DNA of 64,000 nucleotides from Pedobacter sp. (GTDB lineage Bacteria > Desulfobacterota > Desulfuromonadia > Desulfuromonadales > Syntrophotaleaceae), in the NCBI GenBank assembly GCA_050253415.1, contig JBFWJC010000004.1:160001-224000 (forward strand). The letters run 5' to 3'. The notes beneath the pieces were generated by a model that saw only the letters and a list, made by a program, of their open reading frames with translations, did no database searches and was not told the origin of the DNA. Positions 9,588-19,035 of the stretch are shown piece after piece. The position numbers were made by a program, and so were the translations under genes. Numbering within the stretch: the stretch's first letter is position 1; each line of letters begins with the position of its first letter.

Positions 9588-10806
9588 ACGCGGTTATTTT
9601 TCTGGATTCGGCGGTTGTTTCATCCCCGAGATCCTCACCCAGACCTTTGAAGAGCTGATTCAGGCCTACGAAGCGGCCAAGGCCGACCCGAGCTTCTGGC
9701 AGGAATATCTCGATGTCATGTCGACCTACTCGTGCCGCCCTACCCCGCTGACCTTTGCCGAAAACCTGACCAACCATTTCGGCGGAGCGCGCATCTACAT
9801 CAAGCGCGAAGACCTCAATCATACCGGGGCTCACAAGGCCAATAACGTCATGGGACAGGGACTGCTGGTCAAACGCATGGGCAAGACCCGCGTGATTGCC
9901 GAAACCGGTGCCGGCCAGCATGGCGTGGCCACCGCCACCATGGCGGCACGCATGGGTTTCGACTGTACGATCTACATGGGGGAGGAGGACGTCGAGCGCC
10001 AGCGCCCCAACGTCTTCTGGATGGAGCGCCTCGGCGCCACGGTAGTGTCGGTACGCGACGGCTCACGGACCCTCAAGGACGCCATCAATGAGGCTTTTCG
10101 CGACTGGGTATCCAATATGGATACCACTCACTATGTGCTCGGCACCGCCTGCGGCCCGCATCCTTTTCCGGAAATGGTCGCCTGGTTCCAGTCCATCATC
10201 GGCACCGAAGCGCGCAAACAGATTCTCGAGCGCGAAGGGAGCCTGCCGAAACGCGTCTATGCCTGCGTTGGCGGCGGCTCCAACGCCATGGGTTTGTTTT
10301 CCGGCTTCATGGATGATCCGGTGGAACTGGTCGGGGTCGAGGCCGGCGGCAAGGGTCTCGATAGCGGTCTGCACGCTGCGCGCCTGAGTTCCAGGGATGC
10401 CAGCGTTGGCGTCGCCCAGGGTTACAAAACCTATTTCCTGCAGGATAACGATGGTCAGATGCGCGACACCCACAGCATATCAGCGGGTCTTGACTACGTC
10501 GGGGTCTCTCCCATTCTGGCGCATCTGCAGGCCATCGGCCGGGCCCGCTTCGAAGCGGCCACCGACACCGAGGTCCTCGAAGCAGTGACGCTGACCATGC
10601 GCAAGGAAGGCCTGATCCCGGCCCTGGAATCGTCCCACGCCTTTGCCCAGGCCTTCAAGGAAGCGCCGACTCTATCGAAGGACGACATCGTCATCATCAA
10701 CCAGTCCGGTCGCGGCGATAAAGACATTTTTACCGTTGCCGACGCCTTTAACGACCCGGCCTGGAAGGAATTCATCAAACACAAGGCGGAGCAATATCAT
10801 GCTTGA
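9580..10806 (+). CDS. trpB: Tryptophan synthase beta chain
   Basis: KREDLNHTGAHK, AETGAGQHG, CVGGGSNA, SAGLDY, ALESSHA, SGRGDKD. Confidence 0.96.
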   Translation: MDKRGYFSGFGGCFIPEILTQTFEELIQAYEAAKADPSFWQEYLDVMSTYSCRPTPLTFAENLTNHFGGARIYIKREDLNHTGAHKANNVMGQGLLVKRMGKTRVIAETGAGQHGVATATMAARMGFDCTIYMGEEDVERQRPNVFWMERLGATVVSVRDGSRTLKDAINEAFRDWVSNMDTTHYVLGTACGPHPFPEMVAWFQSIIGTEARKQILEREGSLPKRVYACVGGGSNAMGLFSGFMDDPVELVGVEAGGKGLDSGLHAARLSSRDASVGVAQGYKTYFLQDNDGQMRDTHSISAGLDYVGVSPILAHLQAIGRARFEAATDTEVLEAVTLTMRKEGLIPALESSHAFAQAFKEAPTLSKDDIVIINQSGRGDKDIFTVADAFNDPAWKEFIKHKAEQYHA

Positions 10807-11560
10807 GTCGACCATCCGCAAGAAACTGGCCCAGAAGGATATTCTGCTGATGACCCATATCGTCATCGGCTACCCGGACCTTGAGACCTCTTTCGAGGTG
10901 GTCCGCACCATGGTGGAAGCCGGGGTCGACCTGATGGAGTTGCAGATCCCCTTTTCGGAACCGATGGCCGATGGCTCGGTCATCCTCAAAGCGAACCAGG
11001 ATGCCCTGGCCACCGGCATCACTGTCGACCAGTGCTTCGATTTCGCTCAGAAGGTCGCCGCTACCTACGACATCCCGTTTCTGTTCATGACCTACTACAA
11101 CATCCTGTTCAAGTACGGGGTTGAGGCGTTTGCCGAGCGCATGGCCAAATGCGGTCTGTGCGGAGCCATCGTACCCGACCTGCCGCCGGAAGAAGCCGAT
11201 GATTACCTGGCGGCCATGAACAAACACGGTCTGTCGCCGATCTTTATCTTTGCCCCCAACACCGGGGAGGCGCGCATGCGCCAGATCGCCGCACATGGCA
11301 GCGGTTTTATCTATTGTATGGCACGCAAGGGCGTCACCGGTCTGCAAACCGACTTCTCCCAGCAACTCGGTGGGCACCTGGCGCATTGCCGCGCTTCGAC
11401 GAATTTGCCGCTGGCGTTGGGATTCGGCGTCAAGGATCACGCTGATGTCCAATTCATCAAGGGTAAGGCCGATATCGCCGTAGTCGGCTCTGAAGCTATC
11501 CGGGTGTTGGATCACCAGGGAATAGCAGCGGTCGGTGAATTTATTCGCAAGCTGCGCTAA
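10799..11560 (+). CDS. trpA: Tryptophan synthase alpha chain
   Basis: GYPD, ELQIPFSEPMADG, MTYYN, PDLPPEE, GVTG, GFGV; overlaps the trpB stop. Confidence 0.94.
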   Translation: MLESTIRKKLAQKDILLMTHIVIGYPDLETSFEVVRTMVEAGVDLMELQIPFSEPMADGSVILKANQDALATGITVDQCFDFAQKVAATYDIPFLFMTYYNILFKYGVEAFAERMAKCGLCGAIVPDLPPEEADDYLAAMNKHGLSPIFIFAPNTGEARMRQIAAHGSGFIYCMARKGVTGLQTDFSQQLGGHLAHCRASTNLPLALGFGVKDHADVQFIKGKADIAVVGSEAIRVLDHQGIAAVGEFIRKLR

Positions 11561-11786
11561 ACAGCAGAATCCGGGGCGTCAGGCGGCGCCCCGGATAAAA
11601 AAAGTCGTCCCCGCTTTATATTTTTGTCCGGTTTCTGTTGCTTTTAAACACCATCCATGTTTATCATTGTTCACAAGTGTTGTTTTGTTATCAAGATATC
11701 TACCCCCCCTCGCTTGCCGTCGTCAAGCGAGACTTATCTCATGCCTGAGCGGCGCGAGGAACTGTTCACAAAAAGGGAAAGCAGCA

Positions 11787-12404
11787 ATGGTTAAGGGGAT
11801 TATTTTCGATTGCGATGGCGTATTATTCGACAGCCTGCAAGCCAATGTGGCATTTTACAGTACCGCACTGCAGCAGTTAGGCCTGCCACCCATCGATAAT
11901 GACGATCGGGAAAAGATACATCTGTGTCATACGGTAACCACGCCGGAACTGTTCGAGGCAATCCTTGGGCCGGAACGACTGGAAGAAGCCCTACAGGTTT
12001 CACGCAGCATCGACTACACGCAGTTTATTCCCCTGATGACACCCGAACCGGGTATCCTGCAAACACTCGCGGAACTCTCCACACGTATGCCGCTGGCGGT
12101 GGCAACCAATCGCGGTGGCAGTATGCACGACATCAGCCGGCATTACGAGCTGGAGCGCTACTTCAAGGTCATTCTCACCTGCAAGGATGTCAAGCGCGGC
12201 AAACCGCATCCCGACATGCTGCTATTGGCCTCTGAAAAGCTTGCTATCGATCCGAGTGAATTGCTGTTCATCGGAGATATGGATGTCGATCAAGAAGCGG
12301 CTCACCGCGCCAACATTCGTTTTGTAGGGTACCGGGGCGATTTCCCCAAAGCCATCAACATCAACAGTCATGCGCAATTGCTCGGCCTGATCGACCAGCT
12401 TTAA
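11787..12404 (+). CDS. HAD-family hydrolase (phosphoglycolate phosphatase-like)
   Basis: FDCDGVL motif I, KPHPD, IGD..VD. Confidence 0.88.
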   Translation: MVKGIIFDCDGVLFDSLQANVAFYSTALQQLGLPPIDNDDREKIHLCHTVTTPELFEAILGPERLEEALQVSRSIDYTQFIPLMTPEPGILQTLAELSTRMPLAVATNRGGSMHDISRHYELERYFKVILTCKDVKRGKPHPDMLLLASEKLAIDPSELLFIGDMDVDQEAAHRANIRFVGYRGDFPKAININSHAQLLGLIDQL

Positions 12405-12612
12405 ATCCACGCCTTACGCTTTTTGCCTGGTAAGAGCATCTTGCCTATCAGGAGAATACCCTCATTTGTCCATTGACATAACCTGCAGCATCATCCTATC
12501 TTGCCATATCAAGGCTGCAGGCAACCTGTCACAGTGGTCTACGTCCAGCCCTTCAAGATGATCCTTCTACCTCCATAATTTATTCCGTTCACCTCGATCC
12601 CACGCAGGCGCT

Positions 12613-13740
12613 ATGAAAAAACGTATTTTTCTGACCTTGGCCCTCCTCCTCCTGCTGACCGGCATACTGGCGGGAATCAAAGTACTGCAGATTCGCCATA
12701 TGATGGAACAAGGGGCCCTATATACCCCCCCGCCCGTCAAAGTAACCGCGACCGCTGTACAAAAGAACACCTGGGAAACATTGCTCAGCGCTGTCGGCTC
12801 CCTTGAGGCGGTGCAGGGCGTTACCATAGCGGCGGACCTTGCGGGCAAAGTTACCCGTGTCGCCTTTCAATCGGGGGACAAGGTCAGCAAGGGCGATCTG
12901 CTCATCCAGCTCGATACATCCTCGGAGCGGGCCCTGTTGCCTGGTGCCGAAGCCGCAGTAACGCTCGCCCGGCTTAATCTGCAACGGGCTGACCAGTTGC
13001 TGGCCGAACGTATCATCTCCCCGGCGGAACACGATCAGGCGGTGGCTGACTTCCGTCAAGCCAAGGCTCAAGCCGATACCATTCGCGCCACCATAGGCAA
13101 AAAAACCATCCGTGCGCCGTTTGCCGGACGCATCGGTATCCGACAGGTTGATCTTGGGCAGATGTTGATCGAAGGGCAGACCATCGTCTCCCTGCAGCAA
13201 CTCGATCCCATCTATGTGAATTTCTTGTTGCCCCAACAGCAAATTGACAAGTTGCGTAGAGATCTTCCGGTCCGAGTGACCAACGATGCATCCGGACAAA
13301 CGATCGAGGGGCGCATCACTGCTATCAATCCCGAAGTCGACAGCGCCACGCGCAACATACGCATCCAGGCCACCCTGGCCAACCCTGACGAAAAACTGCG
13401 TCCCGGCATGTTCGTCAATGTCGCGGTGGTCCTGCCGGCAACCGAAGAAGTACTGACCATCCCCGGAACGTCGGTACTTTACGCTCCTTATAGTGACTCG
13501 GTGTTTGTCATCGATGAACAAAAGGATGAACAAAGTAGCGAAACACGCCAAGTATTGCGTCAGCAACTGGTACGCCTCGGTACTAAAAAAGGTGATTTCG
13601 TCGCAGTGGAATCAGGGCTGGAAGAAGGACAGCTGGTCGTGAGCACCGGTGTCTTCAAACTTCGCAACGGACAGGCGGCCATCGTCGACAACAGTCTCGC
13701 ACCGCCGTTTCAGACAGCTCCCACACCGGAAAACAACTAA
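12613..13740 (+). CDS. RND efflux periplasmic adaptor (MFP)
   Basis: N-terminal TM, lipoyl-like GDKVSKGDLL, IRAPFAGRIG, LRPGMFV. Confidence 0.93.
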   Translation: MKKRIFLTLALLLLLTGILAGIKVLQIRHMMEQGALYTPPPVKVTATAVQKNTWETLLSAVGSLEAVQGVTIAADLAGKVTRVAFQSGDKVSKGDLLIQLDTSSERALLPGAEAAVTLARLNLQRADQLLAERIISPAEHDQAVADFRQAKAQADTIRATIGKKTIRAPFAGRIGIRQVDLGQMLIEGQTIVSLQQLDPIYVNFLLPQQQIDKLRRDLPVRVTNDASGQTIEGRITAINPEVDSATRNIRIQATLANPDEKLRPGMFVNVAVVLPATEEVLTIPGTSVLYAPYSDSVFVIDEQKDEQSSETRQVLRQQLVRLGTKKGDFVAVESGLEEGQLVVSTGVFKLRNGQAAIVDNSLAPPFQTAPTPENN

Positions 13741-13782
13741 GAGAGAAGCCGTCGCTACTCCCTGTCGAGGTTTGAGCGTATC

Positions 13783-16700
13783 ATGAAATTTACCGATCTT
13801 TTCATTCGCCGACCGGTTCTGGCCCTGGTGGTCAGTCTGGTCATCACCATCGCCGGACTGCAAGCTATCCGCAGCCTCAATGTACGCCAGTATCCACGCA
13901 GTGAAAATGCCGCGGTTACCGTCACCACCGCCTATGTAGGGGCGAGCGCCGATCTGGTGCGCGGTTTTATAACCACCCCCCTGGAGCGGGCTATTGCCGC
14001 AGCCGATGGTATCGACTATATCGAATCCCAGAGCGCAAAAGGCATATCGACCATCAAGATACGCCTGAAACTCAACTACGACTCAACCAAGGCTTTATCC
14101 GAGATCAGCTCCAAGGTCGACCAGGTGCGCAACGACTTGCCACCCGAAGCCGAAGTGCCGATCATCAATATCGAATCTGCCGACAGCGAATTCGCTTCAG
14201 CCTACCTGAGCTTTTCCTCCGATGTGCTGCTGCAAAACCAGATCACCGATTATCTGATGCGGGTGGTGCAGCCACGCCTGTCAGCGGTCGAAGGGGTACA
14301 ACGCGCCGACATCCTCGGTGCCCGTACTTTTGCCATGCGCATCTGGCTTAAGCCCGAGCGTATGGCTGCGTTCAATGTCACCCCCATCCAGGTGCGTCAG
14401 GCTTTGGCAGCCAACAACTACCTTTCCGCGGTGGGGCAGACCAAAGGTGCGCTGCTCCAGGTCAATCTGACCGCCAATACCAACCTGCAGACCGTCGACG
14501 AATTCCGCAAACTGGTTATCCGCCAACAGGGCGGCGCCATGGTACGGCTTGCCGATATCGCCGATGTCGTACTGGGAGCCGAAGATTACGACACCGAGGT
14601 ACGATTTTCCGGTCAGACAGCGGTATTCATGGGGATCTGGACTCTGCCCAACGCCAACTCGCTGGATGTCATCCGCCGCATCCGTACGGAAATGGAAAGC
14701 ATCCGCAAAGATCTGCCGGAGGGCCTTGAAGGCCAGGTTGCCTACGATGCCACGGACTATATCAATAACGCCATTCACGAAGTCATAAAAACCCTCGGTG
14801 ATACTCTGATCATCGTGGTGATCGTCATTTTCCTGTTCCTTGGCTCTCTGCGCTCGGTACTGGTGCCGGTCGTGGCCATCCCGCTGTCGCTCATCGGCGC
14901 AGTGTTCCTGATGCAGACTTTCGGTTTTACCGTCAACCTGCTTACCCTGCTAGCCATCGTGTTGTCGGTGGGACTTGTCGTGGATGACGCCATCGTGGTG
15001 GTGGAAAACGTCGAACGCCATCTGCGGGAAGGGCAGACACCTCTGCAGGCGGCAATCCTCGGGGCGAGGGAGCTGGTCGGGCCGATCATCGCCATGACCG
15101 TTACCCTTGCGGCTGTTTACGCCCCCATAGGCCTGCAGGGGGGGCTCACCGGCGCCTTGTTTCGCGAGTTCGCCTTCACCCTGGCCGGTGCCGTCACCAT
15201 CTCCGGTATTGTGGCTCTGACCCTGTCGCCCATGATGTCCGCCCAGTTGCTACGCGCCGACATTGAAGAGCATGGTCTGGCTGCGCGCATCGCCCGTACC
15301 TTCGACCGCTTACGCAACCTTTATGCCCGACTGCTGGACGCTACCTTGCGCATGCGGCCGGCGATCTATACCGCATGGATCGTGATCGGATTGCTGAGCA
15401 TTCCGATGTTCATGATGTCACCGGTGGAACTGGCACCGTCCGAGGACCAGGGGGTTATCTTCGGCATCCTCGATGCGTCGGCCAACGCCACCCTCGACCA
15501 GACCAGTCGGGATGCGGCTGTCGCCAATGAGATCTTTTTCAGCGCTCCCGAGACTCAATTCACCTTCCAGATTACCAACCCGTCAGCCGGGTTTGGCGGA
15601 CTGGTCACCAAACCATGGGGAGAACGCGAACGCACCGTATTTGAGATTCTTCCCGAGATTCACCAGAAACTGCAGGATATCCCCGGCATCCGCATGTTCC
15701 CGGTCACACCTCCGGCCTTGCCCGGCGGTGGCCAGTTCCCGGTGGAATTCGTCATCGCCTCCACTGCCGAGACCGAGCGCATCCTGGAGTTCACCCAACA
15801 ACTGCAGCTCAAAGCCATCCAGAGCGGCATGTTCGCCTTTCCGCCGCTCATCGATGTGAAGATCGATAAGCCTGAAACGGAATTTGTGATCGATCGCGAC
15901 AAGGTCGCCATGCTCGGCCTGGACCTTTCCCAGGTTGGTGCCGACCTCGGCGCCATGGTCAGTGGCAACTTTGTCAATCGCTTCGACATCTCCGGCCGCA
16001 GCTATAAGGTTATCCCGCAGATCCAACGCACCGGTCGCCTTAATCCCGAGCAGCTGCAAAACATTTACGTCACCGGCCCCGACAGCCAACTGGTCCCGCT
16101 CAGTACCATCGCCAGCCTGCGTGACAGTACCGTACCGCGCTCCTTAAACCGATTTCAGCAGCTCAATGCAGTCAAGCTAAGTGGCGTTTCCGTACGCCCC
16201 CTGGATGAAGCATTGACCTTCCTTGAAACCGAGGCGGCGAAGATTCTACCCGACGGCTACACCATCGATTACACGGGTGAATCACGCCAGCTGCGCTCCG
16301 AGGGTAACCGCTTTTTGCCGGCCTTTGGACTGGCTGTCATCCTCATTTTCCTGGTGCTTGCCGCGCAGTTCAACAGCTTCCGCGACCCCTTTGTCATTCT
16401 GTTCGGCTCCGTCCCCCTGGCCATGTTCGGCGCAATGATCTTCACCTTTTTGAAGATGCCCGACCCCAACGTGCCCTTCTGGACCAATGGCTGGACCACC
16501 ACCCTCAACATCTATTCGCAGGTCGGGCTTGTCACACTTGTCGGACTGGTCGCTAAAAACGGCATTCTTATCGTCGAGTTTTCCAATCAGCTGCAACTTC
16601 AGGGACACACCAAGCTTGCAGCTGTGCGTCAGGCTTCCCTCACCCGCCTGCGTCCGATCCTGATGACTTCGGTCGCCACTATCGCCGGTCATTTTCCTCT

Positions 16701-16875
16701 GACCCTGGTTACTGGCGCCGGTGCGGCGGCCCGTAATTCCATTGGTCTGGTACTGGTTGGCGGCATGTTCGTCGGCACCCTGTTTACCCTGTTCATCGTA
16801 CCATCCATCTACATGCTGGTGGCCCGCGATCACGCCAAGGATCTTAAACGCCGGGAGGCCGTCGCCGAAGTTTGA
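13783..16875 (+). CDS. RND efflux permease (AcrB/MexI-like)
   Basis: 1030 aa; FIRRPV, GLVVDDAIVVVEN, KNGILIVEF, RLRPILMTS. Confidence 0.95.
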   Translation: MKFTDLFIRRPVLALVVSLVITIAGLQAIRSLNVRQYPRSENAAVTVTTAYVGASADLVRGFITTPLERAIAAADGIDYIESQSAKGISTIKIRLKLNYDSTKALSEISSKVDQVRNDLPPEAEVPIINIESADSEFASAYLSFSSDVLLQNQITDYLMRVVQPRLSAVEGVQRADILGARTFAMRIWLKPERMAAFNVTPIQVRQALAANNYLSAVGQTKGALLQVNLTANTNLQTVDEFRKLVIRQQGGAMVRLADIADVVLGAEDYDTEVRFSGQTAVFMGIWTLPNANSLDVIRRIRTEMESIRKDLPEGLEGQVAYDATDYINNAIHEVIKTLGDTLIIVVIVIFLFLGSLRSVLVPVVAIPLSLIGAVFLMQTFGFTVNLLTLLAIVLSVGLVVDDAIVVVENVERHLREGQTPLQAAILGARELVGPIIAMTVTLAAVYAPIGLQGGLTGALFREFAFTLAGAVTISGIVALTLSPMMSAQLLRADIEEHGLAARIARTFDRLRNLYARLLDATLRMRPAIYTAWIVIGLLSIPMFMMSPVELAPSEDQGVIFGILDASANATLDQTSRDAAVANEIFFSAPETQFTFQITNPSAGFGGLVTKPWGERERTVFEILPEIHQKLQDIPGIRMFPVTPPALPGGGQFPVEFVIASTAETERILEFTQQLQLKAIQSGMFAFPPLIDVKIDKPETEFVIDRDKVAMLGLDLSQVGADLGAMVSGNFVNRFDISGRSYKVIPQIQRTGRLNPEQLQNIYVTGPDSQLVPLSTIASLRDSTVPRSLNRFQQLNAVKLSGVSVRPLDEALTFLETEAAKILPDGYTIDYTGESRQLRSEGNRFLPAFGLAVILIFLVLAAQFNSFRDPFVILFGSVPLAMFGAMIFTFLKMPDPNVPFWTNGWTTTLNIYSQVGLVTLVGLVAKNGILIVEFSNQLQLQGHTKLAAVRQASLTRLRPILMTSVATIAGHFPLTLVTGAGAAARNSIGLVLVGGMFVGTLFTLFIVPSIYMLVARDHAKDLKRREAVAEV

Positions 16876-17288
16876 TCTTTTGTCCGGGGCCGCGCCTGCG
16901 GCCCCGGGACCCGACTCAAACATTCCCCCTTGCCCGCCTTTTTTCCGGCCCGGAAAATAATCAACACGCACACGTATCCGCCAGCTTTTTTCTCAACACT
17001 CGGTGCAGTGCTATCCAAATGCCGGCACTTTTCACCTACCCAAGTTATGTCGTTTCCGGTTATCGGCTGCGTTAATGATTGATGTCGCCTCGCTGCCCCC
17101 TATTATCATCAACAGGCTTATGATGGCATACACCATGAACGGTAGCATTGCAAAGCTCGGAGATAACATGGCTACCCCAAGAAAATGTCTGCGGGGATCA
17201 ACATCCTTATACGGCAAGAGAAGACGTATGAATTAATCGGAAAGAAAGGGATAAGGGAGGGTATAAACGATGGATTAAACACCGCTCG

Positions 17289-17319
17289 AAAAAACCGCTC
17301 GATTAAACAGAGCGGTTAT
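17289..17319 (-). terminator. Intrinsic terminator after the small ferredoxin
   Basis: Minus strand AACCGCTC-loop-GAGCGGTTTTTT. Confidence 0.65.
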
Positions 17320-17382
17320 CCCAAGTCGGCAGGCGACATGAAAATAGTAAAAAAACCCATTCAAAATCGCCATCAGTGCCTG

Positions 17383-17559
17383 CTACTCTTCAAGAGAAAT
17401 AGCGTCATGGGGACAAGCCGGAATACAAATCCCATCCAAATCGCATTTCTCATGATCGATGACGGCTTTGCCATCCTGCAGCGTAATGGCCCCCACGGGA
17501 CAAGCTTTGACACAATTGCCTGAACCGCTACAAAGAGTTTTGTCGATAGTAATTTTCAT
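17383..17559 (-). CDS. Small dicluster-type ferredoxin, 58 aa (not in the ORF track)
   Basis: Hand translation MKITIDKTLCSGSGNCVKACPVGAITLQDGKAVIDHEKCDLDGICIPACPHDAISLEE; GGAG RBS 7 nt upstream. Confidence 0.9.
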   Translation of the reverse strand: MKITIDKTLCSGSGNCVKACPVGAITLQDGKAVIDHEKCDLDGICIPACPHDAISLEE

Positions 17560-17794
17560 AGAAATACTCCGTAATGTTGCGTGACTTGCCAGCTATCCTA
17601 AAAGATGTAAATCAAACGGTCAATGGGGATTATAGGGAGGGCGCCCCCTGAGACATTCTACAGGCACATGCCGGGCTGTAAAAAACACCGCGAAACAGCG
17701 CTTTCAGGATAAAAGAATCAGGTCCGGACAGGCCTGGACAGGCAAACGATGCCTCGGCAAGGGAAAATTCATCGCCTCTCTTCGTAAATAATAA

Positions 17795-17822
17795 TTGACA
17801 ATTTTCCAGCCATTGATAATCT
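17795..17822 (+). promoter_or_regulatory. Putative sigma70 promoter of the RiPP-like cluster
   Basis: TTGACA-16 nt-TAATCT with a TGn extended -10. Confidence 0.5.
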
Positions 17823-17871
17823 GCTCTAAATTAAAACATTGTCTTTATTCAGAAAAATGAAAGTAATATCT

Positions 17872-18153
17872 ATGATACGCAGCGACACGGTTATTTCCCT
17901 GAGCCAGGATGCGACCTACCAGGATATGGGAGAAAATGAACCGGCGGTTATTTTGCAGCTTAGCACCGGAAGGCTCTTTACCTGCAACCTGACCACACGC
18001 TGCTTCCTTGATCTTTTGTCTGGTCCATGTTCCTTGGGCGACGCTGTCGATCAACTACTTAAAACGTTTGATGTGCCGCGTGAAAAACTGGAACGGGATC
18101 TCATAAAACTGGCAGGACAGCTTCTGGCCGCCGGTCTGATACAGCTTAACTGA
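17872..18153 (+). CDS. PqqD-family RiPP recognition element (RRE; lasso B1-like)
   Basis: About 93 aa; AVILQLSTGRLFTCN strands followed by helices (LLKTFDVPREKLERDLIKLAGQLLAAGLI). Start could be 17857. Confidence 0.85.
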   Translation: MIRSDTVISLSQDATYQDMGENEPAVILQLSTGRLFTCNLTTRCFLDLLSGPCSLGDAVDQLLKTFDVPREKLERDLIKLAGQLLAAGLIQLN

Positions 18154-18596
18154 TGCTTCCATGGATATTGCGGATACATATCCGCCTTGTTACCCTGGTT
18201 ATTCCTTTGCTGGACCGAATGCTCCCAACCCCGCGTCTGGTGCGCCTGCTGGCAAAACATGACCTGTGGCACCCTTATCGGGGCATTCCGGCCGACACGA
18301 TCACAAAATATGTCCATACCGCCCTGCGCAAGCCCCGTTGGATGAAGCGTCGGGCCTGCTATCGACTCGGGCTGACCATGAGCCACTTCCTGCACCTGGC
18401 CGGGAAACCAGTCGTACTGCACTTTGCCATTGCCCCACCCAGCTGCGATGCCATGCGACTGCACGGGCACTGCTGGGTCACCCTTGACGACCGAGCCATC
18501 ACCGCTCCGCCTGAACCTTCAACCGGCATGCGAACCTTTGTCCGGTTCAATATGGGCAGTGGCAGCCCATTTACCGCAAATCCAAAACAACCGTAG
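18153..18596 (+). CDS. Lasso-B2-type transglutaminase-like leader peptidase
   Basis: RRAC(YRLG) catalytic Cys and LHGHCWV (cf. AHAWV) motif; translationally coupled to the RRE (TGATG). Confidence 0.8.
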   Translation: MLPWILRIHIRLVTLVIPLLDRMLPTPRLVRLLAKHDLWHPYRGIPADTITKYVHTALRKPRWMKRRACYRLGLTMSHFLHLAGKPVVLHFAIAPPSCDAMRLHGHCWVTLDDRAITAPPEPSTGMRTFVRFNMGSGSPFTANPKQP

Positions 18597-18650
18597 CAGC
18601 CACAAATTTTGTGCGCATACCCTAGCCCCTTACATCACAGGAGTCAGCCC

Positions 18651-18764
18651 ATGGAGAGCACACCCCAGGAATACCAGGAACCGACCTTGGAAGAGCAGGA
18701 AACCCTGCAGGAAATTACCGAAGGCGTCGCGATGGTGGTTTCCGGAGCCCCGGACCCGACCTAG
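18651..18764 (+). CDS. Putative RiPP precursor peptide, 37 aa (not in the ORF track)
   Basis: MESTPQEYQEPTLEEQETLQEITEGVAMVVSGAPDPT; AGGAG RBS; YxxPxL and T(-2)-x-G motifs. Confidence 0.85.
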   Translation: MESTPQEYQEPTLEEQETLQEITEGVAMVVSGAPDPT

Positions 18765-19035
18765 AAGACGTGCTTTATGACGATCACGTACCCACCCGGA
18801 GCAAAAGTGCTCCCATGAGCAGCTAACAGAACTATCAGGAACTGTTTATGGGAGAGCTGGTAATTACCGGCGGCACTGCTCCGGCAGCATCGAATCGGCC
18901 TGAAACCTTTTCATCTGTAAAATGCCGGTATCCACGGTAACGCTTTTCAGAACACCCTCTTGTTGAGGCCGATTCACACCGGAACTTCCCGCTCCCCAGA
19001 AGTAATGTCCATCCATCCCCGGCCCGGATGTAACA

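Noticed and set aside
17003..17523. Short ORFs 17003-17236, 17032-17217 and 17185-17523
   Set aside because: No motifs; 17185-17523 is antisense to the real ferredoxin. 17032-17217 has a hydrophobic stretch but no other support
18424..18780. 118-aa ORF covering the precursor region
   Set aside because: Overlaps the peptidase; the 37-aa frame has the RBS and the leader motifs
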